Source: a virus
Strand: one strand, 5' to 3'
IMG/VR virus record: IMGVR_UViG_3300035698_006802
Span: 1-64,000 of that record
Length of the DNA stretch: 64,000 nucleotides
This document shows positions 55,043 to 64,000 of this stretch, piece after piece. Position numbers and translations under genes: made by a program. Numbering within the stretch: the first letter of the stretch is position 1; each line of letters opens with the position of its first letter. The notes beneath the pieces are model-generated. The model searched no databases. It was not told where the DNA came from and worked only from the letters and a program-made list of their open reading frames with translations.

Positions 55043-56488
55043 ATGGCACTGGATACCAAGTATCGACCGCTCACCTTCAATGATCTGCTCGGGCAAGACG
55101 CAACCGTGCAGGTGCTCAGAGAGTTTGTGCGATCGGGTGCTGGGTTTCACCAGAGTTACATGTTCGCAGGGCAGCACGGGTCGGGGAAGACCACCGCAGG
55201 TCGGCTCCTGGCTCGTGCTCTGCTTTGTGAGGACAACCAGAATGGAGATCCCTGTGACAAGTGCCCGTCTTGTAGAGCACTTCTAGACCGGGGGTCCCAT
55301 GAGTGCTTTGTAGAGTTTGATGCTGCCACGCATTCAGGGACGGCAGACATCACCCGAATCGTGGATGGGCTCGGGTACAGCACATTTGCGGGCAAGCAGG
55401 TGATCTACCTGTTTGATGAATCACACCAGCTCTCCAAGAAGGCTCTGGACGGCCTGTTGAAGTCCATGGAGGACAATCGTCCGGGAAGTGAGAACAAGAT
55501 GCTGGTGTGCATCTTCTGTACGACTGAACCGAACAAGATGCGTAGCACCATCTTGTCGCGGTGTGCCCCTGCGTTCATGGTTCGGATTGTGCCCCCGGAG
55601 AAGATTGCAGACCGGTTGGTGTACGTCTGTGAGCAGGAAGGGATCACTTATGAGAGGGATGCCCTTGTAGCGATTGCTGCTGCCAAGGAGTGCCACATTC
55701 GGGACGCCCTGAAGGCTGTCGAGGGTATCTCGATGCTGGGGGCTGTCACCTGGGAGACGACCAACAGGTATCTCCGGCTGGATGCCAACGACTCCATCCT
55801 CAAGATCCTGGCATACCTGGGAACGGATCTTCCTGCGGCCCTGGCACTTCTGGATGGACTTGTGGAATCGATCTCTCCTACAAGCTGCTACGAGCGGCTC
55901 GGTAGTGCATGCATGTTGGCCTATCGTTCCTATATCAAAGCGGGGAAACCACCCCTCTTTTGGAATTCCGATTCCCTACAGAAGCTAGGCAACCACCACA
56001 GAGATTACCTGCTGGTGTTTGCACAAACCTTCTCCTCACGCCCCAGGAACGTGTCTGCATCGATGCTCGCAATGGATCTTGCTCGTGTGCATCAGGTTCG
56101 CTGTGGGCTCCTTACGGTGCCTACAGCGGCACCCCAAGTTCTATCAAACGGTACATCAACAGAACCGAGTAAAACTCCGGTACCCGCAGGGGGTAAGGTT
56201 GATGTCTCGGTACCCCCACCTGTGCCCTCTACGGAGGAACCAGAAAGAACCACCGCATGGGAGACGTCCACAGGGCGCCACATTGATCCTAGGGGTATCA
56301 AGAAAAGGCGTAGTTCTAATGCTCGAACGAAAGAAAATGGTGCCGATCCCCTGTCACCACAGGATTTCAACAGTCTTTTGCATCGCAAGCTCTCGGAGAT
56401 AGATGCAGATGGCAGCTCAGGACCAACGGGACAATCTCACTTGGGTGGTGCTGGAACTCACCCGGTTGGGGGAGACTCGGGCAAATGA
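55043..56488 (+). CDS. dnaX: DNA polymerase III gamma/tau clamp loader
   Basis: KYRP.TF.DLLGQ, GQHGSGKTT, C-x8-CxxCxxC, DESHQLS, TILSRC, IRDAL. Confidence 0.93.
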   Translation: MALDTKYRPLTFNDLLGQDATVQVLREFVRSGAGFHQSYMFAGQHGSGKTTAGRLLARALLCEDNQNGDPCDKCPSCRALLDRGSHECFVEFDAATHSGTADITRIVDGLGYSTFAGKQVIYLFDESHQLSKKALDGLLKSMEDNRPGSENKMLVCIFCTTEPNKMRSTILSRCAPAFMVRIVPPEKIADRLVYVCEQEGITYERDALVAIAAAKECHIRDALKAVEGISMLGAVTWETTNRYLRLDANDSILKILAYLGTDLPAALALLDGLVESISPTSCYERLGSACMLAYRSYIKAGKPPLFWNSDSLQKLGNHHRDYLLVFAQTFSSRPRNVSASMLAMDLARVHQVRCGLLTVPTAAPQVLSNGTSTEPSKTPVPAGGKVDVSVPPPVPSTEEPERTTAWETSTGRHIDPRGIKKRRSSNARTKENGADPLSPQDFNSLLHRKLSEIDADGSSGPTGQSHLGGAGTHPVGGDSGK

Positions 56489-56966
56489 GGGCGTCCTGGC
56501 GGACGTGCTCCTAGACGCCCTGGGAGCACCCCCAGACCATCCCATCTTCATACCTGCAATCACATACGCCAAAGCAGAGCAGCGTGTCACGATCCATTTG
56601 ATGGAAGGCTATGCCTTTGTGGCATCCGGTCTCAACGGCGTGGCATTCTTCGGGCTGGAGCGCAGTTGCCCCTATGTGAAGAGGGTCTTGGCATCCGGCG
56701 GTGGGGAAACCCTCCCTGTACTGTCCGTTATCCAGGATCAGGATGTGGAGGACATGCGGCAGAGTCTTCGGGAAGCTGTTTCCCAGGATATCGAGGAAGG
56801 CATGAAAGTTCGCATTAGCCACGGCACCTATGCCAAACTGGAAGGTGAAGTTGTTGGGCTGGAAGGCAACACCGCCTTTGTGCATGTAGTGCTTCGGTCA
56901 TTCCAGGCGATTCAAACCGTCCCTCGGATTTTCTTGGATCCGATTGAAGACGAAGAAGACGAGTGA
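56409..56966 (+). CDS. nusG: NusG/RfaH-like transcription factor
   Basis: NGN (WVVL..., LMEGYAFV) plus KOW GMKVRISHGTYAKLEGEV. Confidence 0.8.
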   Translation: MAAQDQRDNLTWVVLELTRLGETRANEGVLADVLLDALGAPPDHPIFIPAITYAKAEQRVTIHLMEGYAFVASGLNGVAFFGLERSCPYVKRVLASGGGETLPVLSVIQDQDVEDMRQSLREAVSQDIEEGMKVRISHGTYAKLEGEVVGLEGNTAFVHVVLRSFQAIQTVPRIFLDPIEDEEDE

Positions 56967-57592
56967 CAGTGGAGGCTTGCATGCAAGGTTATTGGTCTGG
57001 GCACAAAGTTCTTGATCCAACGGAGCTGGAATCCCGGTTCAGCATTGAAGATGGGATTGCGTTCCTCGATGTGACGGGGAATGAGTCAATCTCTGAGGAA
57101 AGCGAGGAACTGTTAGATCAGGTTCGTAAGGTTCTTCCACGCCTCCCAGACCGGGAGGCTGATTTCGTTGAGCTGTACCACTTCAAGAAGATGAAGCAGA
57201 CCGACATTGCAACGATCTTCCGCGTGAGCCAGCCCACGGTTTGCTACCGGCTCCAACGAGCCGTGAATCGAATCAAGTTCCTGTTGTCTCTCCCGGATCT
57301 TGCAGACGACGAGCTTGCAGAGGCAATGCAAAGCTTCTTGACAGACGCCCTGGACATTCGGATCATGCTCCTCATGTATGAGACCACCTGTCAGAGTGAG
57401 GTAGCCAAACGTCTCGGTGTCACTCAAGGTCTTGTGCGGCATCGGTTCATTCGCAGCATCGACAACATGCGTGAGCAGGATGGGCTGGAGAAGTATGTCC
57501 GCATGTTTGATGCTGTTTCGAAGAACCTGAACATCCTTCGTGAAGTGCAGAGGGCAGCTTGGGGCCCCCGAGTGTTGTATCTGGTGGAGTGA
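56963..57592 (+). CDS. sigma70 region-4-like protein with two HTHs
   Basis: LPDREADFVELYH...QTDIATIFRVSQPTV and QSEVAKRLGVTQGLV. Confidence 0.75.
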   Translation: MTVEACMQGYWSGHKVLDPTELESRFSIEDGIAFLDVTGNESISEESEELLDQVRKVLPRLPDREADFVELYHFKKMKQTDIATIFRVSQPTVCYRLQRAVNRIKFLLSLPDLADDELAEAMQSFLTDALDIRIMLLMYETTCQSEVAKRLGVTQGLVRHRFIRSIDNMREQDGLEKYVRMFDAVSKNLNILREVQRAAWGPRVLYLVE

Positions 57593-57607
57593 GCACGGGG
57601 CTGATGT

Positions 57608-57624
57608 CGATAGTTCGTCTATGG
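57608..57624 (+). promoter_or_regulatory. class II promoter motif, variant CGAT-N7-CTATGG
   Basis: At the start of the putative virion gene block. Confidence 0.45.
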
Positions 57625-57651
57625 GATCCGGCTGGTAGACCAGAGGACTGC

Positions 57652-57963
57652 ATGAGCGACAAGGCATCAAAACGCAGAGTGGTGATGGCCAAGCTTGTGG
57701 CCCTCCGTTGGGTTGAGGGACGCACTACCCCAGAGTACCGACTGAAGGTGCTCTATGGTGCCAAGGAGATACGGAAGGTCCCGCAACTCCTTCGGTCTTT
57801 CCGGGATGGCAAGATCAAGCTCGGATCCGTAGAGCCTATCAGAGACCTGGGGATCCAAGAAGGCTTTGACCACCTTATCGTGTGGTCCTCCCAACGACAG
57901 GGGATGATCGAACTCCAGGGGTGGTTTGAGAGCCGTGGTTGTGAAACATCAGGGGTCTGGTAA
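57652..57963 (+). CDS. hypothetical protein
   Basis: GAGGA RBS before MSDKASK. Confidence 0.7.
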   Translation: MSDKASKRRVVMAKLVALRWVEGRTTPEYRLKVLYGAKEIRKVPQLLRSFRDGKIKLGSVEPIRDLGIQEGFDHLIVWSSQRQGMIELQGWFESRGCETSGVW

Positions 57964-58391
57964 TGGCTGGGACATTGCTTCTCTCTGAATTCACCTACTC
58001 CTCTGGGGTCTCCCCAGACGTGTACTACTACACCATCGTGATTGACCAAAACGACCTCCTGTCCGTGCGGAATATCCAGAGCCCCTATGGGCTCATTCTC
58101 GATTCCATGACCTCTGTGCCTGAGTCGGTGGTTGCAGACATCAACACATCAATCACACAGGTGGAGAGCATCATGGCGGCAACTTCTGCCATTAACGGCA
58201 CTCTGGTATTTGCAGCAGAGACCTCCAAGACCGTGACATTTGCTACAACACTGTCGAGCACCACTTACCGTGTGCAGTTGTCTTCCGACACTTTTGTGCC
58301 CCTTCGCATCTCGGGCAAGACCACCACGGGGTTCACTGTGCAAGCTGCAGCGACCTTCACTGGTAACGTCGGCTACGACGTGTTCATCTAG
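57963..58391 (+). CDS. putative virion structural protein
   Basis: Thr-rich beta C-domain (VTF...Y.V....KTTTGFTV), similar to the C-terminus of 58825. Confidence 0.65.
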   Translation: MAGTLLLSEFTYSSGVSPDVYYYTIVIDQNDLLSVRNIQSPYGLILDSMTSVPESVVADINTSITQVESIMAATSAINGTLVFAAETSKTVTFATTLSSTTYRVQLSSDTFVPLRISGKTTTGFTVQAAATFTGNVGYDVFI

Positions 58392-58401
58392 GGGGAGTCC
58401 C

Positions 58402-58821
58402 ATGTTCTACCAGAAAGTTCGTGATCAGATTCTCAAGAAGCTGAAGGCAGCTGGAATCCCAGCTCGGAAGGATTCTGCGGGTCACAAGTCCATGGAAGTC
58501 GGGCTTTCGATTCGTGGCCCTTACGCAGCGGTTGTTTCTGTCCTCGATTCCCTTCCGTTCAAACAGCTTGACGAAGATGAATACCGGGAGAATGCACACT
58601 ACGTTGTGAAGGCTCCTGTGAAGCCCGGAGGGCGTGTTGGGTACGCCGTGATTGAGCTGGAGGGTTACAGTGAATCCGAGAGTGAGATCACCGTTAAGCT
58701 GTCCGGTACCCCCCGTTGGGCAGCCACATCTCTCCGTGTCCGCACCCTCCGATTGGCATCTCGCTTCCCTGTGGGAAGTGTGGAACGTCGCCAGCTTCTA
58801 GCAGTAATCAAGGAACGGTAG
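58402..58821 (+). CDS. hypothetical (putative virion) protein
   Basis: C-terminal SLRVRTLRLASRFP..ERRQLL motif. Confidence 0.65.
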   Translation: MFYQKVRDQILKKLKAAGIPARKDSAGHKSMEVGLSIRGPYAAVVSVLDSLPFKQLDEDEYRENAHYVVKAPVKPGGRVGYAVIELEGYSESESEITVKLSGTPRWAATSLRVRTLRLASRFPVGSVERRQLLAVIKER

Positions 58822-58824
58822 CCG

Positions 58825-60384
58825 ATGGCACAAATCCCACTGCAAGTAGATCAGGTTCAAATTGAGCCGGGAACCTCAACCTATGGCACTCGTGTAGTCG
58901 ACCGTGACTCCACTGATGGTGGTCTTCGTTTCGCTGACCCGAACGTCACAGCATCACTGTTGGCGTTGGTGGGACTCCGCAATGTCACGGGTGTCTACCT
59001 TGTGGGCCAGGGTGGTGACGGGGCACCGTACACGACCATCCAGTCAGCCATCAATGCTATTCCAGACACAGCATCTCGTTCTGCACCGGGTCTGGTGGCA
59101 GTTTTGGGGGGAGAGTACTCCGAGAACATCGTGATCGATAAGGATGGTGTGTCCATCGTGGGGCTCGGCACCACGGTGTTGACCAATGCTGCTGCAGACG
59201 CCACGATCAAGATTGAGGATGCCGCCACCACAACTCCAGAGTGGGTTGAGCTTCGAGGACTCACCATTCGGAACACCACCGACGCAGAGGAGTGTATTCT
59301 GGTCGAAGGTGCCGGCACCTATGCTTCGGGGACTGTGACAGCTACGGCTGCACCCCTGGCAGTGGCGGACACCATCACCATCGGAGGCACAGCTCTGACA
59401 GGGGTAACTGGGGCTCGGGTGTCTGGTAGCGACAACTTCTCTGTGGATGGCACTACAGTGTCAGCTCTTGCTGTGGAGATCCTGGCTGCCATCAACGATG
59501 TTGCCAATTCCTTCGCAGCAACCGTGGAGGCAACCTACCTGCTAGGTGTGGTCACCATCACGGCAGTTTCCCCTGGAGCAGGTGGCAACGCCATTACTCT
59601 GGTGGTGTCCACGACCCCTGTCGGCACACTGACGGTGTCTGGGGCGACCCTGACGGGTGGTGGTGCAGCGGGTTCTCGTGTTGCCTATGATGAGATTGCC
59701 ATTCTCGACTGTGACCTTGTTGCATCGGGGAATGGTGGATTCCAGATTCAAGCAGATACCGTGAACAATGTTCGTGTCCATGGGGGGACCTGGCGTGGGT
59801 CATCTTCCACATCCTCCTGTGTGGTGACGAACTGTGCAGCTTTCCGCATGTTTGATGTCGAGTGGGCATCTGACCTGGAGCTGGCATACAACACAGGCAA
59901 TGACCAACCTGCCACTACAACCTCTGACTACAGGGTGCAGAATTGCGGGCGTCTAGGAGATGTCCTGTCCAGTGAAACGGGTGCGGGATCTCTGTCTATT
60001 GACTACTGCCCCGCTGCAGGGGATGTCACACAGGGTGGAGACCGAGACCTTCTGGTGTCCCACAGTAATGCGGGAGACATAGCTCTTTCCGGCACAGCCG
60101 TGGCAACCCTCATAGGGTCGACCCGAGGGACAGTCACTGTCCCATCAGGCACCCCCACTCTGGCAGAGTCCTCCCAAACAGGGTCCGTGGCATTTGCTGC
60201 ATCGGCATCAGAGGCCGTGGCTTTCGATGCCACCCAGCCTGATGCGGTGTACGCAGTGCTTGTGGACGTGCCCACTGCGGGCATCACAGCGAATGTGACC
60301 GCCAAGGCGGCTTCCGGATTCACCATCACAACTTCGGCCCCTGTCACAGGAACGGTTTACTACACCGTCCTGCGGCAGATGTAG
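58825..60384 (+). CDS. putative tail/fibre structural protein with beta-helix-like region
   Basis: YTTIQSAINA...GEYSENI (pectin-lyase-like start); A/T/G/V-rich. Confidence 0.7.
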   Translation: MAQIPLQVDQVQIEPGTSTYGTRVVDRDSTDGGLRFADPNVTASLLALVGLRNVTGVYLVGQGGDGAPYTTIQSAINAIPDTASRSAPGLVAVLGGEYSENIVIDKDGVSIVGLGTTVLTNAAADATIKIEDAATTTPEWVELRGLTIRNTTDAEECILVEGAGTYASGTVTATAAPLAVADTITIGGTALTGVTGARVSGSDNFSVDGTTVSALAVEILAAINDVANSFAATVEATYLLGVVTITAVSPGAGGNAITLVVSTTPVGTLTVSGATLTGGGAAGSRVAYDEIAILDCDLVASGNGGFQIQADTVNNVRVHGGTWRGSSSTSSCVVTNCAAFRMFDVEWASDLELAYNTGNDQPATTTSDYRVQNCGRLGDVLSSETGAGSLSIDYCPAAGDVTQGGDRDLLVSHSNAGDIALSGTAVATLIGSTRGTVTVPSGTPTLAESSQTGSVAFAASASEAVAFDATQPDAVYAVLVDVPTAGITANVTAKAASGFTITTSAPVTGTVYYTVLRQM

Positions 60385-60392
60385 GAGAGCCC

Positions 60393-60866
60393 ATGTCGAC
60401 CCCTATTCAGAAGCTCGCAAAGCTGGCTTACGAACACCCTGAGCTGCGTCCTGATCTTGTTCCTATCCTCAAGGCAGCAGTAGCTACGACTGACATCTAC
60501 CCCGTGGAGATCGACCACGGGTACGAGCAGCCCCTTTCAGGTGGCACCGACGTGATGAAGCGTCTGCAGGATCAGTTCCTCATTGAGCAGGGCCGCCCGC
60601 CTCGGGAGAAGAATCCCCGTCTGGCAACTGAGGATGCGAGGCTGGCGTTCTGCCAGAGTGTTCAGAAGAAGCTCATCGCTCATGTGCAGAGCCCCACGGG
60701 GAAGGCCATGGTGCGGGAGTCCCTGGTGAAGTACGCAGAGGACACAGCAGATGTTCTCGTCATCAATGCCGCTGTGAACGACATCATTTCGGATGCTGTG
60801 GCTGTAGCACTTGACCCCCAGAAAATGGGTAAGATCGTGGGCAAGTACACAGCCCCGAAGGAGTAA
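60393..60866 (+). CDS. hypothetical (putative virion) protein
   Basis: N-terminal KLAKLAYEHPELRPDLVPILK motif. Confidence 0.7.
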   Translation: MSTPIQKLAKLAYEHPELRPDLVPILKAAVATTDIYPVEIDHGYEQPLSGGTDVMKRLQDQFLIEQGRPPREKNPRLATEDARLAFCQSVQKKLIAHVQSPTGKAMVRESLVKYAEDTADVLVINAAVNDIISDAVAVALDPQKMGKIVGKYTAPKE

Positions 60867-60868
60867 CG

Positions 60869-61669
60869 ATGCCTGGTTTCAATGACTTCTGGGACACCCT
60901 GTTGAAGGAAGCGGACCTCTCCACCGGAGGCACCGAATCCGTGGACTCATACCTATCCGAAGGAACTCCCCTGGAGGGAGAGCAGTTCACGTCCGTCCGT
61001 CAACTGACGGAGAAGCACCGTGCGGCACATGCCTTGAGCCTTCCGGTTGAGGCAGGGGCTCGGGTGTCCTTTGCTTCCAACGTGGGTGCTGTCCTCAGCT
61101 ACCCGGATCCCCCAGAGCCTAAGATGCTGGGGTCCGTGGTGACCGTGAAGTCTGCCAACGGCGACATCACAGAGCACAACGGGGTCGTGTTCGTGGCCTG
61201 GGATGACGGCAAGTTCCGGGGCATCCATGCAGAGCACCTGCGTCCCACAAATTCACGACAGGCTGCTTCCCAGAAGTGGTTTGTGACCAAGCGTGGGGAT
61301 CAGCCTTATGGGGGGCCTGCTTGGAAGGGGGACAAGCCTCGCTGGTTTGATTCCGAGAAAGCTGCCAAAACTATGGCAGCAAAGCTGGGCGAGCGGAACC
61401 CAGCGGGCTTCAGCGTCAAGCAGGTTCCTGCAGGCTACAGTGCAGGGAAGTATCCTCTCATGAAGAAGGCTGGCCAGCAGAAACGCGGTGATGCTGTTCC
61501 TGCTCAGATCCGTGTGGCAAGCCTCGGAGACCTCGGGGACTTCCTGAAGGTCGCCAATGACACACTTATCCACAAGAGCACTCGTGATCTCTGGAGTTTC
61601 CGCTCGGAGGGTCCTGAGTATGTCATCGAGAGGCTGTTCAATGGACAAGGCGAGCCCGTCAAGGGCTAG
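60869..61669 (+). CDS. hypothetical (putative virion) protein
   Basis: AAGGAG RBS; SH3-like VFVAWDDG; FLKVANDTLIHKSTRDLW. Confidence 0.75.
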   Translation: MPGFNDFWDTLLKEADLSTGGTESVDSYLSEGTPLEGEQFTSVRQLTEKHRAAHALSLPVEAGARVSFASNVGAVLSYPDPPEPKMLGSVVTVKSANGDITEHNGVVFVAWDDGKFRGIHAEHLRPTNSRQAASQKWFVTKRGDQPYGGPAWKGDKPRWFDSEKAAKTMAAKLGERNPAGFSVKQVPAGYSAGKYPLMKKAGQQKRGDAVPAQIRVASLGDLGDFLKVANDTLIHKSTRDLWSFRSEGPEYVIERLFNGQGEPVKG

Positions 61670-61672
61670 GCT

Positions 61673-61689
61673 CGGTGTCTTCTCTATAC
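61673..61689 (+). promoter_or_regulatory. class II promoter motif CGGT-N7-CTATAC
   Basis: Upstream of 61700/61715. Confidence 0.55.
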
Positions 61690-61699
61690 TCTCCCACGG

Positions 61700-62359
61700 A
61701 TGAAGGGGGACGCAGTGCCTCGACCAAATGCAACTAAAGTAGCAGACCGCTTCCTGACGGGGAGCACCATAGACCAACGGCGTTCAAAAACCGCTGGTGA
61801 AGTGCGTTTCATCAAGGATCGCAGCGGTGACAAGAATGAGTGGGGTTGGGGAACCCCGGGACCTTCCGAACGTGCGATCGGTAAGGATTTCGTGTTCAAT
61901 CCCAAGTTCCTCAAACCCTTGGCCAGCTCGCTCCGTTCAGCTCTCATGGCTCTCGGACACGCTCATTCTTCCTACGCCACATTCACGAAGCTCAAGAGCC
62001 GCAATGTCAGTCCAGATGGAAATCTGGGAGGCAAGGGGTACATTCAGAAGATCTCTGAGCAGCGGCGTCAGATGATGAACTGCATCGAAGCTCTGTCCGC
62101 GTTCACAGACACTGTCTATGACGAGATCAAGGCTCCCCATTGGGACCCCGCAGAGGACAAGCTTGACCCCCGCGACCGCGACGAAGTTCGTGAGATCGTG
62201 CAGGACGCAGAGGAGATCAAGAAGGATCCCGAGGGTTGGGCAGAGGACGAAGAAGCAGAGTTGGATGAGGACGGCAAATCCACAGAGAAGAGGGCGTCCC
62301 GCAACAAGGTCGCAAATCTGTGGGTGAGCACCCAGGTGCAAGACAGGAGGGCTCTATGA
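61700..62359 (+). CDS. hypothetical (putative virion) protein
   Basis: True start may be GTG 61715; ATKVADRFL motif. Confidence 0.75.
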   Translation: MKGDAVPRPNATKVADRFLTGSTIDQRRSKTAGEVRFIKDRSGDKNEWGWGTPGPSERAIGKDFVFNPKFLKPLASSLRSALMALGHAHSSYATFTKLKSRNVSPDGNLGGKGYIQKISEQRRQMMNCIEALSAFTDTVYDEIKAPHWDPAEDKLDPRDRDEVREIVQDAEEIKKDPEGWAEDEEAELDEDGKSTEKRASRNKVANLWVSTQVQDRRAL

Positions 62360-64000
62360 GCAAGAAGGGCAAGCAAATGGATGTGCTCGGAGAGACCATC
62401 CTCCCTGCAGACCTGTTCACTCCCACTTTGGGAAGCAACTGGGGTCTCGATGGTTACCCGGATATGGATTATGGGATGGGTGTCCTTGAGGGGCTGTTCC
62501 CTTCGGACACTGCAGGTATCCCAGAGGGTCTGACTCCGAAGGAAGCCTCAGAGAGGGAAGCCGCCACGTTCATGGACACTGATTCGAGTCGGGGGATGGA
62601 CCTCTCAGAGATGATGAAGGAGGGAGGTCTTGCAGACCTTTCTTGGCTTGATCTGAACGAGCAGGATCCTGACCGCCTTCCCAAGAATCCCGTCAATCTG
62701 GCAATTCCCGAGCTGGAGGAAGCCTGGGGTGTCAATCGCCGCACTGATGGTGTGCATCTCGTAGCCAATGTGGACATCGAGAAGGCCCGGTACGACGAGG
62801 GCATCAAGAACGGTTCGAAGCCTTCCCACAAGTTCTCACAGACAGATCTCCTTCGTGTGGTCCGCAAGGCCATGCGGCGTTCCACTGTCGGACATGACCT
62901 GACAGCAATCCTGAAGGAAGCCGCTGAGACCCTTGGTGCGGAAGCTCCTCGCATCCGGCGTGCAATGCAGGTGGTCAAGGCTGAGCACGGTCTTGTGGGC
63001 AACGTGTTCATTCGGGCAGCTGCGTTTCCTGGTATCGAGCAGGGCAAGTGGGCGAAGACTCTCAAGGGTCTGAACGCCAACTACATCATCATGGATGGGC
63101 GCACCCTCACTGGGTCTGTCAACGTCCACAACAGCTACTTCAAGGGAAAGAAGGCTGTCCTCCAGGTGCCCTGGAAAGAGGCCCTGGCACACTACAAGCC
63201 TTACCTGGAAGCATCAGGACACAAGGTCGCAGAAGGGGACCCCAAGAGTTCTCTCCGTGCCGCTTTCCTGTCGCACTCCACGAAGGTGTCAACAACCAAC
63301 ACTCCTCGCCCCACCCACAAGGCACCTGCACAGCGGATCAGCGGGAAGCAGGCACGCAAGGAGCTGAGGGCAGCAGCCAACACTCCTCGTCGGGTCGTAG
63401 ACCCCGCGGTCAATCGGAAGTTCAAGGCTCGTCAGGCAGCAATGTCGAAGATCAACGCCTGGGCTTCCTCTGGGTTGCTGGCAAACGATGAAGCACAGAA
63501 GGTGATTCAGTCGGGTGCAGGCCCTCTCCATATGCTCAGTGCAGCAGCAGACATGGTGCTGGGTGCAGAGACTGCCAAGTATTCGGGAATCGAGAATGAC
63601 CTGAGACCCACGGTGGAAGCCTCGGTGGAGAAGGTCAAGGCAGCGATTGCTTTTGCAAAGAAGTTCAATGCCGGCCAGCAGGCAAAGGTCGATGGTCTTG
63701 TTGCAGAGCGTAAGCAGTCCACAACTCGTGAGGCCCGCCAGATCAAGGCTGCTCGGGTGTTGGTTGCCAAGATCACGAATGCCATCGACAAGGGTGTTCG
63801 AGGTCAGCCTCTCCGGGATCTCATCCTCCGCACCATCCCTCGGGATCAGGTTCGTGTAGCTTCGAAGCTTCTGAACCCCGTGCTGAAGAAGACAGGAGCC
63901 TTGGAAGACTCCCCGGGCTCGCACAATAGCTACACTGGTAGGCAGTACCGGCCCGCCCCACAGCGGGTCAGCTCGGTGACTCCACACGCCAATGAGACCA
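62356..64000 (+). CDS. large hypothetical protein, 3' truncated by window end
   Basis: ATG 62356 with AGGAGG RBS and ATGA overlap; frame appears open to 64000 (MSKKGKQMDVLGETIL...); absent from the ORF track. Confidence 0.8.
   Translation, partial: MSKKGKQMDVLGETILPADLFTPTLGSNWGLDGYPDMDYGMGVLEGLFPSDTAGIPEGLTPKEASEREAATFMDTDSSRGMDLSEMMKEGGLADLSWLDLNEQDPDRLPKNPVNLAIPELEEAWGVNRRTDGVHLVANVDIEKARYDEGIKNGSKPSHKFSQTDLLRVVRKAMRRSTVGHDLTAILKEAAETLGAEAPRIRRAMQVVKAEHGLVGNVFIRAAAFPGIEQGKWAKTLKGLNANYIIMDGRTLTGSVNVHNSYFKGKKAVLQVPWKEALAHYKPYLEASGHKVAEGDPKSSLRAAFLSHSTKVSTTNTPRPTHKAPAQRISGKQARKELRAAANTPRRVVDPAVNRKFKARQAAMSKINAWASSGLLANDEAQKVIQSGAGPLHMLSAAADMVLGAETAKYSGIENDLRPTVEASVEKVKAAIAFAKKFNAGQQAKVDGLVAERKQSTTREARQIKAARVLVAKITNAIDKGVRGQPLRDLILRTIPRDQVRVASKLLNPVLKKTGALEDSPGSHNSYTGRQYRPAPQRVSSVTPHANET

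Noticed and set aside
1-64000. Stop-codon recoding or inteins
   Set aside because: Conserved genes are full length in the standard code, with TAG, TGA and TAA used as stops; RecA, RecD2, NrdJ and DnaX show no intein-sized inserts
1-64000. Bacterial chromosome origin
   Set aside because: Highly diverged replication genes packed in one block, dense hypothetical genes, private promoter motifs and virion-like genes favour a phage; capsid and terminase are not in the window, so this is not proven

Overview
The window looks like part of a large, GC-rich dsDNA bacteriophage genome (jumbo-phage-like) in the standard genetic code. No integrase, rRNA or CRISPR array was seen. In order: (1) 1-2.9 kb, a minus-strand cluster of 9 tRNAs (probably continuing to the left), preceded by an apparent leader-peptide attenuator and interrupted by three plus-strand genes, two of them membrane proteins. 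(2) 3-13.7 kb, minus-strand accessory genes (GNAT, metallophosphoesterase, XRE, SpoT/Mesh1-like HD hydrolase, MoxR-type AAA+ with a vWA partner), most behind a conserved GGTTTCAA-N11-CCGCGTAGTAG promoter-like motif. (3) 14.7-23.1 kb, one operon joining a deamidating NAD+ salvage route (PncB, NadE, PncA), a TerY-like vWA/PP2C/kinase triad and an NrtR-type ADP-ribose sensor. (4) 23-32 kb, hypothetical, peptidase, Mrr-N and sigma-like genes. (5) 33-57.6 kb, replication, recombination and transcription genes: HolB, HolA, class II RNR, RecD2, SSB-like, RuvC, RecA, a split SbcC, two tandem DNA methyltransferases, SbcD, a PD-(D/E)XK nuclease, beta clamp, primase, DnaX, NusG and a sigma-like protein. 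(6) 57.6-64 kb, putative virion or late genes. The best leads are the ADP-ribose-inducible NAD+ rebuilding operon, the tRNA-cluster attenuator, and two phage promoter classes, one of which marks proteins that share short peptide motifs (possible capsid-targeting or processing signals). All protein calls come from motif recognition by eye; no database searches were run.
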